Source of the DNA: Hydrurus foetidus
Lineage: Eukaryota
DNA: 64,000 bases
Direction of reading: 5' to 3'
NCBI GenBank assembly: GCA_900617105.1
Contig: UYFQ01000001.1
Coordinates: 4,960,001 to 5,024,000, forward strand
The notes under the pieces are model-generated. The model made no database searches. It saw nothing but the letters and a program-made list of their open reading frames with translations, and was not told the DNA's origin. The translations under genes were made by a program, and so were the position numbers. Shown here one piece after another: positions 11,669 to 21,075 of this stretch. The first letter of the stretch is position 1. Each line of letters begins with the position of its first letter.

Positions 11669-11893
11669 ATGCATATGCTCAAACTCACGCAAATTGGAAA
11701 TTCTGTTGGGGCGATCTTTCCTAAAGACTTGCTGGCCCAAATGCGTCTTGAAAAAGGTGACGATTTTTATGTCACTGAAACGCCTGACGGCCTACGAATC
11801 ACCACGCACAACCCAGAATTTGAAGAACAAATGCGTCTCGGCCGCGAGATTATGAAAGAGCGCCGCGCCGTGTTGCGCGAGCTGGCCAAATGA
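11669..11893 (+). CDS. AbrB/MazE-family antitoxin
   Basis: LKLTQIGNSVGAIFPK ... RRAVLRELAK; ATGA overlap with the toxin gene. Confidence 0.88.
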   Translation: MHMLKLTQIGNSVGAIFPKDLLAQMRLEKGDDFYVTETPDGLRITTHNPEFEEQMRLGREIMKERRAVLRELAK

Positions 11894-12285
11894 CCGCTTG
11901 GCGGTGGATTGACCGTACAGTCCTGATTGCGATACACGATATGCAGCTGGCCGAGCATGGCGGTGGCGCGGGTTTACGGGACGGCAATTTGCTTGAATCG
12001 GCACTTGCCAAGCCTGAAAATCTCGCGGCTCATGGCGACCCTGACGCTGCTGCGCTTGCTGCTGCTTATGGCTACGGTATCTCGCGTAACCATGCATTCA
12101 TCGATGGCAACAAACGCACAGCATTGGTAGCTGCTGAGCTGTTTTTACAGCTCAATGGCTGGCGCCTCGTTGTTGATGATGCGGACTGCGTGCTCACCAT
12201 GCTCGCAGTTGCCACAGGCGACATCACAGAAGACTCCTTTGCTGACTGGCTACGTGCCCATTCGCATAAAAAAGACATTAAATAA
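11890..12285 (+). CDS. doc: Death-on-curing (Fic/Doc) toxin
   Basis: Doc motif NHAFIDGNKRTA; GLRDGNLLESAL. Confidence 0.92.
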   Translation: MTAWRWIDRTVLIAIHDMQLAEHGGGAGLRDGNLLESALAKPENLAAHGDPDAAALAAAYGYGISRNHAFIDGNKRTALVAAELFLQLNGWRLVVDDADCVLTMLAVATGDITEDSFADWLRAHSHKKDIK

Positions 12286-12333
12286 GGCTCTGGCGCAATC
12301 AATACGGGCGCAAGCAGCTTCTTTATTTATAGC
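12280..12333 (-). repeat. ~54-bp repeat, copy 4 (includes the doc stop codon)
   Basis: Plus strand AAATAAGGCTCTGGCGCAATCAATACGGGCGCAAGCAGCTTCTTTATTTATAGC. Confidence 0.85.
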
Positions 12334-12336
12334 AGA

Positions 12337-13941
12337 CTAGCCCTGCGCCGCCACCAGCGTGCGCGTATACGGATGCGCTGGCGAATCGATGATTTGTGCA
12401 AGCGGGCCGGCTTCCAGCACCACGCCGTCTTTCAGCACCATCACTTGGTGCGCCATAGCTCGAATCACGTCCACATCGTGGGTGATCAGCAAGTAACTCA
12501 AGGCCCGCTCACGTTGCAAGCGCTGCAGCAATTGCAAAATTTGCTTTTGAATCGTCACGTCGAGTGCGCTGGTGGGCTCGTCTAGCACCAGCAGTTGCGG
12601 CTCGACCATCAGCGCCCTGGCAATGGCAATGCGCTGGCGCTGGCCACCCGAAAATTCGTGCGGGTAGCGCTGTAGCAGGCCGGGGAATTGGGCATCAAGC
12701 ATGCCAACTTCAAGCAGTGCTTGCAACACACGCTGCTGCATTTCGACAGCCTTGACATGCGGCTGATGCACCGCCAAACCTTCCCCCACAATTTGCTCCA
12801 CCGTCATGCGCGGTGACAGCGACGAGAACGGGTCTTGAAACACCACCTGCACGGCTTTGCGAATCGCTTTGTTGTTCGCTGAATTGCCGTTCCAGGCCTT
12901 GCCAGCCATGTTCAGTTCACCCTTTGACGGGTGCAAGCCCAGCGCGGCAAGTGCCAAACTGGACTTGCCCGAGCCAGACTCGCCAATCACGCCCAGCGTT
13001 TGCCCGGCGGGAATGTTAAAACTTGCGCCCTGCACCGCCACAAATTCCCCAGTTTTAAACCAGCCTTTGAAGCCCGGTACGCTGACCGGATAACACACGC
13101 GCAGGTTTTTGGCGTGCATCACGTCCGGTAAGTCGGCGTTGGCACGCGCTTCTTGCACATCCCGCGTCGGCTTGCTGTCCATCAGTTTGCGGGTGTAGGC
13201 GTGCTGCGGGTTGGCAAATACATCACTAACAGCGCCCTGCTCCACAATCACGCCGTTTTCCATCACGGCGATGCGGTCGGCAAAGCGGCGCACCAGGTTC
13301 AGGTCGTGCGTGATCATCAACACGGCCATGCCATTTTTGCGTTGCAGCTCAGCCAATAGATCCAAAATTTGCGTGCGCACGGTTACGTCAAGGGCAGTGG
13401 TTGGCTCGTCAGCCAGCAGCAGCTTGGGCTGGCAAGCCAGCGCCATCGCAATCATCGCGCGCTGGCGTTGCCCGCCTGAAAGCTGGTGCGGAAAGCAATT
13501 GGCCCGCCGCTCCGGCTCGGTGATGCCGGTATCTGCTAGTAATTTAATAGCTGCTTTCGCACGTATTGATTGGGCTAGCCCTTGTTTCAGGGCCAAAATC
13601 TCTTCAATTTGGTTGCCAATCGTGAAAAGCGGGTTCAGCGCCGTCATCGGCTCCTGAAAGATCATGGCGATGTCTTGGCCCCGAATGCCGCGCAGCAGGC
13701 GCTCAGGCATGCCGAGCAGCTCCACCTCGCCTTTGGGTGACTGGAACACTGCGCTGCCTTGCACTTCAGCGTTTTGCACCAGGCGGAGCAAACTCAACGC
13801 TGTGATGGTTTTGCCTGAACCTGATTCACCGACCAGTGCGAGCTTTTCACCCGGCGCGATGCTGAAGTCGATGCCGTGAACGACTTCTTTGCCTGCAAAC
13901 GAAATGCGCAGGTCTTTGACTTGAAGCAACGGGTTGCTCAC
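12337..13941 (-). CDS. yejF: Peptide ABC transporter, duplicated ATPase
   Basis: Two GESGSGK Walker A motifs, LSGGQ/FSGGQ signatures, operon context. Confidence 0.85.
   Translation of the reverse strand: MSNPLLQVKDLRISFAGKEVVHGIDFSIAPGEKLALVGESGSGKTITALSLLRLVQNAEVQGSAVFQSPKGEVELLGMPERLLRGIRGQDIAMIFQEPMTALNPLFTIGNQIEEILALKQGLAQSIRAKAAIKLLADTGITEPERRANCFPHQLSGGQRQRAMIAMALACQPKLLLADEPTTALDVTVRTQILDLLAELQRKNGMAVLMITHDLNLVRRFADRIAVMENGVIVEQGAVSDVFANPQHAYTRKLMDSKPTRDVQEARANADLPDVMHAKNLRVCYPVSVPGFKGWFKTGEFVAVQGASFNIPAGQTLGVIGESGSGKSSLALAALGLHPSKGELNMAGKAWNGNSANNKAIRKAVQVVFQDPFSSLSPRMTVEQIVGEGLAVHQPHVKAVEMQQRVLQALLEVGMLDAQFPGLLQRYPHEFSGGQRQRIAIARALMVEPQLLVLDEPTSALDVTIQKQILQLLQRLQRERALSYLLITHDVDVIRAMAHQVMVLKDGVVLEAGPLAQIIDSPAHPYTRTLVAAQG
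13535..13588 (+). repeat. ~54-bp repeat, copy 5, inside yejF
   Basis: GCTAGTAATTTAATAGCTGCTTTCGCACGTATTGATTGGGCTAGCCC; encodes KQGLAQSIRAKAAIKLLA. Confidence 0.85.
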
Positions 13942-14972
13942 AGGTCAGCCTTCCTGGGGTCCAGCGCATCACGCAGCGCATCACCCATAAACGTCAGCAG
14001 CAGCAGCGTGATGACCAGCACCGCAAAGGTAGACAGTGAAATCCACCACGCATCAATATTTGCCTTGCCCTGGCTCAGCAACTCCCCCAGCGACGGTGTG
14101 CCGGGCGGCACACCCAGGCCCAAAAAATCAAGCGATGTCAACGCCAAAATAGCCGCGCTCATGCGAAACGGCAAAAACGTGACCACCGGCGTCATGCTGT
14201 TGGGCAAAATATGCCGCCACATGATTTGCAGGTTGCTGACGCCCAATGCCCGCGCGGCACGAACGTAGTCAAGCTGGCGGTTGCGCAAAAATTCGGCTCG
14301 CACGTAGTCAGACAATCCCATCCAGCCGAACAGGCTGAGCAGGAACAGCAGCAGTGCCACGCTTGGCGCGAACACGGCGCTGAAAATGATCAGCAAATAC
14401 AGCTCAGGCATGGAGCCCCAAATTTCAAAAAATCGCTGCGCCACCAAATCAGTTTTACCGCCCGCGTAGCCCTGAATCGCGCCAGTGATGACACCGATCA
14501 CCACCCCAATCACAGTGAGCGCCAAGCCAAACAACACGCTGAGGCGAAAGCCGTAAATTAGCTGCGCCAGCAAGTCGCGCCCGCGGTCGTCTGTGCCCAG
14601 CAGGTTGTCTCGTGACGGGGCCGATGGGTTGGGCGACTTGGCGAAATAGTTAAGCGTTTTGGGGCCGTAGGGGTTAGGTGCGTAAACGGCCCAGTTTGCA
14701 CCCGCGGTCAGCTTGTCTTTGATGAACGGATCGAGGTAGTCGGCAGGCGTGTCGAAGTCGCCATCGAAGGTTTTTTCTGAGTAATCTTTGGCGACTGGAA
14801 AGTACAGCGTGCCCTTGTAACTCACCACCAAAGGCTTGTCGGTAGACAGCACATCGGCAAACAAACTTAACGTTACCAACGTAGAAAAAATGACCAAGCT
14901 CCAAAAGCCGAGTTTGTTCTTTTTAAAGCGCAACCAGGCGCGCTTTGACGGGGAAAGTGAAAGCGCTGTCAT
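13938..14972 (-). CDS. yejE: Peptide ABC transporter permease
   Basis: LGTDDRGRD, YVRAARALG, GDALRDALDPR. Confidence 0.85.
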   Translation of the reverse strand: MTALSLSPSKRAWLRFKKNKLGFWSLVIFSTLVTLSLFADVLSTDKPLVVSYKGTLYFPVAKDYSEKTFDGDFDTPADYLDPFIKDKLTAGANWAVYAPNPYGPKTLNYFAKSPNPSAPSRDNLLGTDDRGRDLLAQLIYGFRLSVLFGLALTVIGVVIGVITGAIQGYAGGKTDLVAQRFFEIWGSMPELYLLIIFSAVFAPSVALLLFLLSLFGWMGLSDYVRAEFLRNRQLDYVRAARALGVSNLQIMWRHILPNSMTPVVTFLPFRMSAAILALTSLDFLGLGVPPGTPSLGELLSQGKANIDAWWISLSTFAVLVITLLLLTFMGDALRDALDPRKADL

Positions 14973-15994
14973 CAGTCAAATTTGACGCGCGGGTCGACCA
15001 GAACATAACAAAGGTCGCTAATCAACTTTGTCGCCAACCCAATCAACGTGAACAAATAGAGCGTGCCCAGCACCACAGGGTAGTCGCGCCGAATGATGCT
15101 TTCATAACTGAGCAAGCCCAAGCCATCGAGCGAAAACAGTGTTTCAATGAGCAGCGAGCCCGTAAAAAACGCGCCAATAAACGCCGCCGGAAACCCCGTG
15201 ATGATGGGAATCAGCGCATTGCGAAACACATGCTTGTACAGCACCTGCCTCTCGCTCAAACCCTTGGCCCGCGCAGTCAACACGTATTGCTTGCGTATCT
15301 CTTCCAAAAACGAATTCTTGGTCAGCACCGCCGTCACGGCAAAGCTGCCCAGCACCATGGCAATAATCGGCAGCGTGATGTGCCACAGGTAATCGGTAAG
15401 TTTTGCGCCCCAGCTCAACGTTTCCCAGTTGCTCGACGTCAGCCCGCGCAGCGGAAATAACTGCAATTGCCCACCAAACACCACCAGCAAAGCCACGCCT
15501 AAAACAAAGCCTGGAATCGCGTAACCGACAAGAACGATGAGGCTGGTGATGAAGTCAAACCGTGACCCGGCCCGCACCGCCTTGGCCACACCTAGCGGCA
15601 CAGCTATCAGATAGCTGATGAAGAACGTCCACAACCCAAGGCTGATGGACACCGGTAACTTTTCTTTGACGAGTTGCCAGACGTCTTTATTTTGAAAAAA
15701 ACTTTTGCCTAGATCGAACCGAAAATACTGTCCCAGCATTTGCACAAATCTTTCTGGTGCGGGTTTGTCAAACCCATACAGCGCCTTGATCTCTTGAATC
15801 TGCCTGGCGTCCAGTGTGCGCTGGCCAGACGTGTTGCCTGACACACTGCCCTCTTTTGAAGTCAGCTGAGAAATCAACTGCTCCGCAGGACCTCCGGGTA
15901 CGAATTGAACGATGGCAAAGTTAAGCACCAACACGCCAAATAGCGTCGGGATCATCAACAAAATGCGGCGAAGCAAATAGGTGCCCATGTTCAT
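14972..15994 (-). CDS. yejB: Peptide ABC transporter permease
   Basis: FVPGGP, YVLTARAKGL, RRDYPVV, VDPRV. Confidence 0.85.
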   Translation of the reverse strand: MNMGTYLLRRILLMIPTLFGVLVLNFAIVQFVPGGPAEQLISQLTSKEGSVSGNTSGQRTLDARQIQEIKALYGFDKPAPERFVQMLGQYFRFDLGKSFFQNKDVWQLVKEKLPVSISLGLWTFFISYLIAVPLGVAKAVRAGSRFDFITSLIVLVGYAIPGFVLGVALLVVFGGQLQLFPLRGLTSSNWETLSWGAKLTDYLWHITLPIIAMVLGSFAVTAVLTKNSFLEEIRKQYVLTARAKGLSERQVLYKHVFRNALIPIITGFPAAFIGAFFTGSLLIETLFSLDGLGLLSYESIIRRDYPVVLGTLYLFTLIGLATKLISDLCYVLVDPRVKFD

Positions 15995-17820
15995 TTCACC
16001 TTTGCGTCAGCCCACCACATCGTCAACAGCCACGAGCCAGCCAACATGTGCGACGGTAACTTTGGGGGGTGCTGAAGTTGGCTTTTGTGAGCGATAAAAA
16101 ACTGTTTTCCGTAATACATTGGCACCACAAAATGGCTGTGCAAAAGGTAGCGATCTAGCACGCGAGCAGCTGTGGAAATTGCCTGGCGATCTGGGCTGTT
16201 GACAATCACCTCAATCAACTCGTCGAGCACCTCGTCCTTGATTCCACTCAAATTTTGACTGCCCTTTTCATCGGCGGATTTTGAACCAAAATCGTCGTAA
16301 AGCTCATTGCCTGGACTTGGAGAGCCGCCCAGAATATTGACGGCCATTTCAAAATCAAAAGCATCCTGCTTTTTCTTGATCAAGCTGGCATCACGCAAGC
16401 GATATTGAAGATCGATTCCGAGCTTTGCAAGGTTCCTCGCGTACGGAGCTAAAACGATTTCAACGCTTCGGTCAGCAATATCCATTTCAATCGTAAATGG
16501 CCGACCATTCTTATCACGCAAAGCGCCTTCGCTGACATTCCAACCCGCCGAATTAAGCAACTGCTGCGCCTGCACCAAGTTTCGGCGTAAGCCATCCGCG
16601 GTACCGCCTGTGCTCGCTTGTCGGGGCAATGAGCCGTTGATACGGCTTAACAATTTTGCGTTGAGCGTTAGGCTCGAGATCAAAACCTTTTCTTCGCTGC
16701 TGACGGTGTCTTGCGCCATCAGGTCAGGCGTATTTTGAAAGTAGCTCTGGGTCCGGGCGCGTTTGCCATAGAAAAGCCGTTGATTGAGCCAGTCAAAGTC
16801 AAAAGCAAGTGCAAGAGCCTGCCTAATTCGCACATCAGCAAAACGTTCTTTTCTTAAATTGACGATTAGACCCTGCATGCCGGTGCTCCGGCTGTGGTCA
16901 ATTTCCGCCTTGGTCAATTCGCCTGAATCGAATCTTTTGCCTTTGTAGCGCCGCATCCAAGCCGTGATACTTGTTTCTTCAAGCGCACTTAACGCGCCTG
17001 CTTTCAGGGACTCCTCTTCGCCCAACTTATCGCGGAAATATTGGTAACTGACATCTTCAAAGTTAAACATTCCCCTGCGCACCGGCAAGTCTGACGCCCA
17101 ATAGTCTGCGCGGCGTTTGTACGATATGGTTTTGCCAAAGTCTATGGCTCCAACCGCGTACGGTCCGCTAGCAATTGGCGGTTCAACCGTGATCTGGTCG
17201 AAAGGCTTGCCCTTGCCCCAAGCGCGCGAAAAAATCGGCAGTTGCCCAACAATCATGTGCAGCTCGGAATTTTTGCGCTTGAAATCAAAGCGAATAACCC
17301 GCTCGCTCACCACAACTGCCTGCCGAACGTCAGCCCAGTACGAACGAAATGTTGGACCGGCGAGTTTGCTCATCAACGTGTCAAACGAATGCTTAACGTC
17401 CAACGCCAACACCGCATCCCCATTTGAAAACCTTGCCCTCGGATTTAGCCTGAAGGTCACGCTTAGTTTGTCTTCGGCCAAATCAATGTCTTCCGCCAGT
17501 AACCCGTAACGTGAAAAGGGTTCGTCTTCACTAGGTGTAGTCAATGAATCAAAAACCAGACCGTATTCAGAAAACACAAAACCATTGCCACTGCGACCCA
17601 TACCCGCTGGCGCCTGACCTTTGAGGGTAAAAGGGTTGAGCTTGTCAAAACTGCCACTGGCTGACAACACTAGGGTGCCGCCCTTCGGTGCCTTGGCATT
17701 GACATAATCAAAGTTTTGAAAATTTGCAGGGTACTTAGGCTCGTAACCCATGCCCAAACCATGTGCAGCCCAAACCGGCTGGCAGGTCATTAACATCAAA
17801 AAAATAAGCATTACGCGCAT
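15991..17820 (-). CDS. yejA: Peptide ABC transporter substrate-binding protein
   Basis: [29 protein letters not shown]; signal peptide starting MRVMLIFL. Confidence 0.85.
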   Translation of the reverse strand: MRVMLIFLMLMTCQPVWAAHGLGMGYEPKYPANFQNFDYVNAKAPKGGTLVLSASGSFDKLNPFTLKGQAPAGMGRSGNGFVFSEYGLVFDSLTTPSEDEPFSRYGLLAEDIDLAEDKLSVTFRLNPRARFSNGDAVLALDVKHSFDTLMSKLAGPTFRSYWADVRQAVVVSERVIRFDFKRKNSELHMIVGQLPIFSRAWGKGKPFDQITVEPPIASGPYAVGAIDFGKTISYKRRADYWASDLPVRRGMFNFEDVSYQYFRDKLGEEESLKAGALSALEETSITAWMRRYKGKRFDSGELTKAEIDHSRSTGMQGLIVNLRKERFADVRIRQALALAFDFDWLNQRLFYGKRARTQSYFQNTPDLMAQDTVSSEEKVLISSLTLNAKLLSRINGSLPRQASTGGTADGLRRNLVQAQQLLNSAGWNVSEGALRDKNGRPFTIEMDIADRSVEIVLAPYARNLAKLGIDLQYRLRDASLIKKKQDAFDFEMAVNILGGSPSPGNELYDDFGSKSADEKGSQNLSGIKDEVLDELIEVIVNSPDRQAISTAARVLDRYLLHSHFVVPMYYGKQFFIAHKSQLQHPPKLPSHMLAGSWLLTMWWADAKVK

Positions 17821-17857
17821 GTCACAATTCTGCAAGATTTTTGACAAGGAATACGTC

Positions 17858-18655
17858 ATGGGCTTTTTAGACGGCAAAAAAATATTGATCACCGGCGTAT
17901 TGAGCAACCGCTCAATCGCCTATGGCATTTCCAAAGCCTGCAAAGCGCAGGGCGCAGAGCTGGCTTTTGCCTATGTGGGTGAGCGCTTCAAGGCGCGCAT
18001 CACCGAGTTTGCAGCCGACTTTGACTCAACCCTGATTTTTGACTGCGACGTGGGCAGCGACGAGCAGATCACCCAGCTTTTCACCGATTTGGCCAAAGTC
18101 TGGCCGAAGTTTGATGGTTTTGTACACAGCATTGGCTTTGCGCCTAAAGAATCAATTTCGGGCGACTTTCTGGAAGGCCTGAGCCGCGAAGGCTTCAAAA
18201 TCGCCCACGACATCAGCACCTACAGCTTTCCGGCGATGGCCAAGGCTGCCTTGCCGTACTTAAATGACAAATCGGCCCTGCTCACCCTCACCTACCTGGG
18301 CGCGCTGCGCGTGCTGCCCAACTACAACACCATGGGCCTGGCCAAAGCCAGCCTGGAAGCGTCGGTGCGCTACACGGCTGAGTCGCTTGGCCCGAAGAAC
18401 ATCCGAGTTAACGGCATCAGCGCCGGGCCAATCAAAACGCTGGCCGCTAGCGGTATTGCGGGTTTCAGCAAAATACTGAAAGCCGTGGCTGACGCCGCGC
18501 CGATGCGCCGCAACGTGACGATTGAAGAAGTTGGCAACGTGGCCGCGTTTTTAATGAGCGACTTGGCCAGTGGCGTGACGGCTGAAATTACTTATGTTGA
18601 TGGTGGGTTTAGTCAGGTGGTGGGTGGGATTGCTGAGCCTGCTGGTGCTGTCTAA
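17858..18655 (+). CDS. fabI: Enoyl-ACP reductase
   Basis: [43 protein letters not shown]. Confidence 0.97.
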   Translation: MGFLDGKKILITGVLSNRSIAYGISKACKAQGAELAFAYVGERFKARITEFAADFDSTLIFDCDVGSDEQITQLFTDLAKVWPKFDGFVHSIGFAPKESISGDFLEGLSREGFKIAHDISTYSFPAMAKAALPYLNDKSALLTLTYLGALRVLPNYNTMGLAKASLEASVRYTAESLGPKNIRVNGISAGPIKTLAASGIAGFSKILKAVADAAPMRRNVTIEEVGNVAAFLMSDLASGVTAEITYVDGGFSQVVGGIAEPAGAV

Positions 18656-18675
18656 AGGCTGAAATACGTCGAAAT

Positions 18676-19596
18676 ATGCCATTTTCAAGCATAGAAACAG
18701 CCTGTAGCCCAATAAACACGGGCGCGAGCAGCTATTTTAAACGTAGCGCTTTGGTCTTGCTGCTGGCAGCGCTGGGCTGCGGCGCGGCACCCGTTGCGGT
18801 GGCTGCGGACGTCAAACCGCCGCTGATGCTGGCCAATGTTTACAGCCCGAGCGTTGCATTAGCCGACTACTGGGTAAGCGAAAAATACGATGGCGTGCGC
18901 GGCTATTGGGACGGGCAAAAGCTGCTGACTCGCGGCGGCCAGCCGATTAACGCACCCGCGTGGTTTACCGCTAACTGGCCCAAAACCCCGATGGATGGCG
19001 AGCTGTGGGCCGGGCGTGGGCAGTTTCAACAAGCCGTGTCGACGGTGCGGCAGCAAACACCTGATGACGCAGGCTGGCGCAGCATCAAATTCATGGTGTT
19101 TGACTTGCCTGCCGAGCCGGGCCCGTTCACCGAGCGGCTGTCGACACTCAACAATGTGGTCGCCAAACTGGCCGTGCCGTGGGTGCAAGCCGTGGCGCAG
19201 AGCAAAGTCGCCAGCCACGCGGTGCTGCAAAGCCAGCTGAAGCAAATCACCAAAGCAGGCGCTGAAGGGCTGATGCTGCACCGCGGCAGCTCGCTGTACA
19301 AAGGCGTGCGCAATGACGATTTGCTCAAAGTTAAAACCCACGACGATGCAGAAGCAAAAGTCATTGCGCACATACCCGGCAAAGGTAAGTACGCAGGGCA
19401 AATGGGCGCCCTGCTGGTAGAAATTCCGGCTGCTGACGGCAAGGCGGCCAAACGCTTCAAACTGGGCACTGGCTTTACCGACGCGCAGCGGGCAAACCCG
19501 CCAGCCGTGGGCAGCCAGGTCACGTACCGATACCGGGGCTTGAATGACAGCGGCCTGCCGCGCTTTGCCAGTTTTATGCGGATTCGGGAAGATTAA
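18676..19596 (+). CDS. Minimal ATP-dependent DNA ligase with predicted signal peptide (LigE type)
   Basis: SEKYDGVR (KxDG), DGELW, EGLML, LKVK, GTGFTD, PRFASF; hydrophobic N-terminal stretch ending AVA-A. Confidence 0.9.
   Translation: MPFSSIETACSPINTGASSYFKRSALVLLLAALGCGAAPVAVAADVKPPLMLANVYSPSVALADYWVSEKYDGVRGYWDGQKLLTRGGQPINAPAWFTANWPKTPMDGELWAGRGQFQQAVSTVRQQTPDDAGWRSIKFMVFDLPAEPGPFTERLSTLNNVVAKLAVPWVQAVAQSKVASHAVLQSQLKQITKAGAEGLMLHRGSSLYKGVRNDDLLKVKTHDDAEAKVIAHIPGKGKYAGQMGALLVEIPAADGKAAKRFKLGTGFTDAQRANPPAVGSQVTYRYRGLNDSGLPRFASFMRIRED
18694..18747 (-). repeat. ~54-bp repeat, copy 6, at the ligase 5' end
   Basis: Plus strand CAGCCTGTAGCCCAATAAACACGGGCGCGAGCAGCTATTTTAAACGTAGC; encodes ETACSPINTGASSYFKRS if the 18676 ATG is used. 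Confidence 0.87.
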
Positions 19597-19610
19597 CCCG
19601 GCTTTAAGAT

Positions 19611-19664
19611 GCTATTAATTAATGAGCTGCTTGCGCCCAAAGCTGTTGGGCTACAGGCTATTTA
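19611..19664 (+). repeat. ~54-bp repeat, copy 7 (intergenic)
   Basis: GCTATTAATTAATGAGCTGCTTGCGCCCAAAGCTGTTGGGCTACAGGCTATTT. Confidence 0.87.
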
Positions 19665-19679
19665 TACAGGTAAAAACCG

Positions 19680-20795
19680 ATGATTTCTATTTCCGAAGCG
19701 TTCTCTGGCAGTTACGCTCAGGCCCGCGTTAAATTTTTAGAGGCAGCGGCCATTGCAGGCTTGCCTGTTCAATCTCACGCGCATCCGCTCAAAGGGCGTG
19801 ACGGGGAAGACTTGGCTATGGACGTGGCGCGAGATGGCCCGCCAAACGCGCAGAACGTACTCATCGTCAGCAGTGCCTGCCACGGAGTCGAGGGCTATTG
19901 CGGCAGCGGCGTGCAGGTACACGCGCTGCACGATGCTGAGTGGCTTGAAAAAGCCCGCGCATCAGGCACTGCGGTTGTCTACATTCACGCACTCAACCCA
20001 TATGGCTTTTCACACATTCGCCGCACCACGCATGAAAACGTCGACCTGAACCGCAATTTTCAAGACTTCACCAAACCCTTGCCAGATAACGCCGCCTACC
20101 GAGCGCTGCAGCATTTGATCTTGCCCGAGCAATGGCCACCCAACGCCGCTAATCAGGCAGCGGTTGCAGATTTCATAGCAGCTAACGGCGAAGCCGCCTA
20201 CCAGTCCGCCATTACCCAAGGCCAACACGAATTTGCTGACGGCCTGTTTTACGGCGGCACCAGCGCCACATGGAGCAACACCACGCTGCGCGGCGTACTG
20301 CGCCAGCACGCTGCGCAAGCCAAGCGCGTAGCGTGGATTGACCTGCACACCGGCTTGGGCGTTAGCGGCCATGGCGAACGGATTTGGGCGGGCAAAGACG
20401 ACGCGCAAGCGATTGCTCGTGCACGCAGCTGGTGGGGCGGCGGCAAAAACGGCAACCCGGCAATGCCCATTACCTCGATTTACGACGGCTCATCAACTTC
20501 TGCGTTCTTGACAGGCCTGATGTGGCACGCCATTGGCCAGGAGGCACCGCAAGCCGAGTACACCGGCATCGCCATGGAATACGGCACCGTGCCAGTGCTT
20601 GACGTGCTGCAGGCACTGCGTGCCGAACACTGGCTGCACAACCATCCTGAAGCACCGCCGGAACTAGCCCAACAAATCAAGGCGCAAATGCTGGCAGCGT
20701 TTTACACCGATACAGACTTGTGGCGCGGGCAAATCATCAGCCAGGCACGGCAGGCGATGTTTCAGGCGGTGGATGGCCTAGGTAAGGCGGCCTAA
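19680..20795 (+). CDS. M14-family Zn metallopeptidase-like protein (DUF2817 type)
   Basis: HGVEG (HxxE), NPYG, VDLNRNF, DLHTG, MEYGT. Confidence 0.82.
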   Translation: MISISEAFSGSYAQARVKFLEAAAIAGLPVQSHAHPLKGRDGEDLAMDVARDGPPNAQNVLIVSSACHGVEGYCGSGVQVHALHDAEWLEKARASGTAVVYIHALNPYGFSHIRRTTHENVDLNRNFQDFTKPLPDNAAYRALQHLILPEQWPPNAANQAAVADFIAANGEAAYQSAITQGQHEFADGLFYGGTSATWSNTTLRGVLRQHAAQAKRVAWIDLHTGLGVSGHGERIWAGKDDAQAIARARSWWGGGKNGNPAMPITSIYDGSSTSAFLTGLMWHAIGQEAPQAEYTGIAMEYGTVPVLDVLQALRAEHWLHNHPEAPPELAQQIKAQMLAAFYTDTDLWRGQIISQARQAMFQAVDGLGKAA

Positions 20796-20821
20796 TTCAC
20801 AAAGTTGTCATGCCGCAATGA

Positions 20822-20863
20822 TGGAGACTATGACAACAGCAAGCTTTGTTGTCATAGTCTCCA
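20822..20863. promoter_or_regulatory. Perfect 17-bp inverted repeat (candidate operator or hairpin)
   Basis: TGGAGACTATGACAACA-N8-TGTTGTCATAGTCTCCA, ending 2 nt before the ATG at 20866. Confidence 0.7.
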
Positions 20864-20865
20864 AC

Positions 20866-21036
20866 ATGAAGGCAACACTAATTGCGCGAAGACGCATCGC
20901 TTACTCGCCGAGTGCTTTTGCGGAGTTGGTTCTTTGGCAAGTCCCCAAGCCAGTTGCAGGTTCTGACCATGACTTTAAGTACCGATTGGCGTATGTGGTT
21001 AGCGCGATATGCGTTGTTCGTTACGACAACGAGGTC
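20866..21036 (+). pseudogene. DUF6516 (TumE-like) toxin-antitoxin component, truncated by an IS
   Basis: ELVLWQVP, FKYRLAYVV, VRYDNE, then an abrupt IS end before the usual GKGDHRH-like motif. Confidence 0.7.
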
Positions 21037-21075
21037 TGAATCGCCCCGGGTTTCGTGGAGGCCCGTTGGGTTAAG

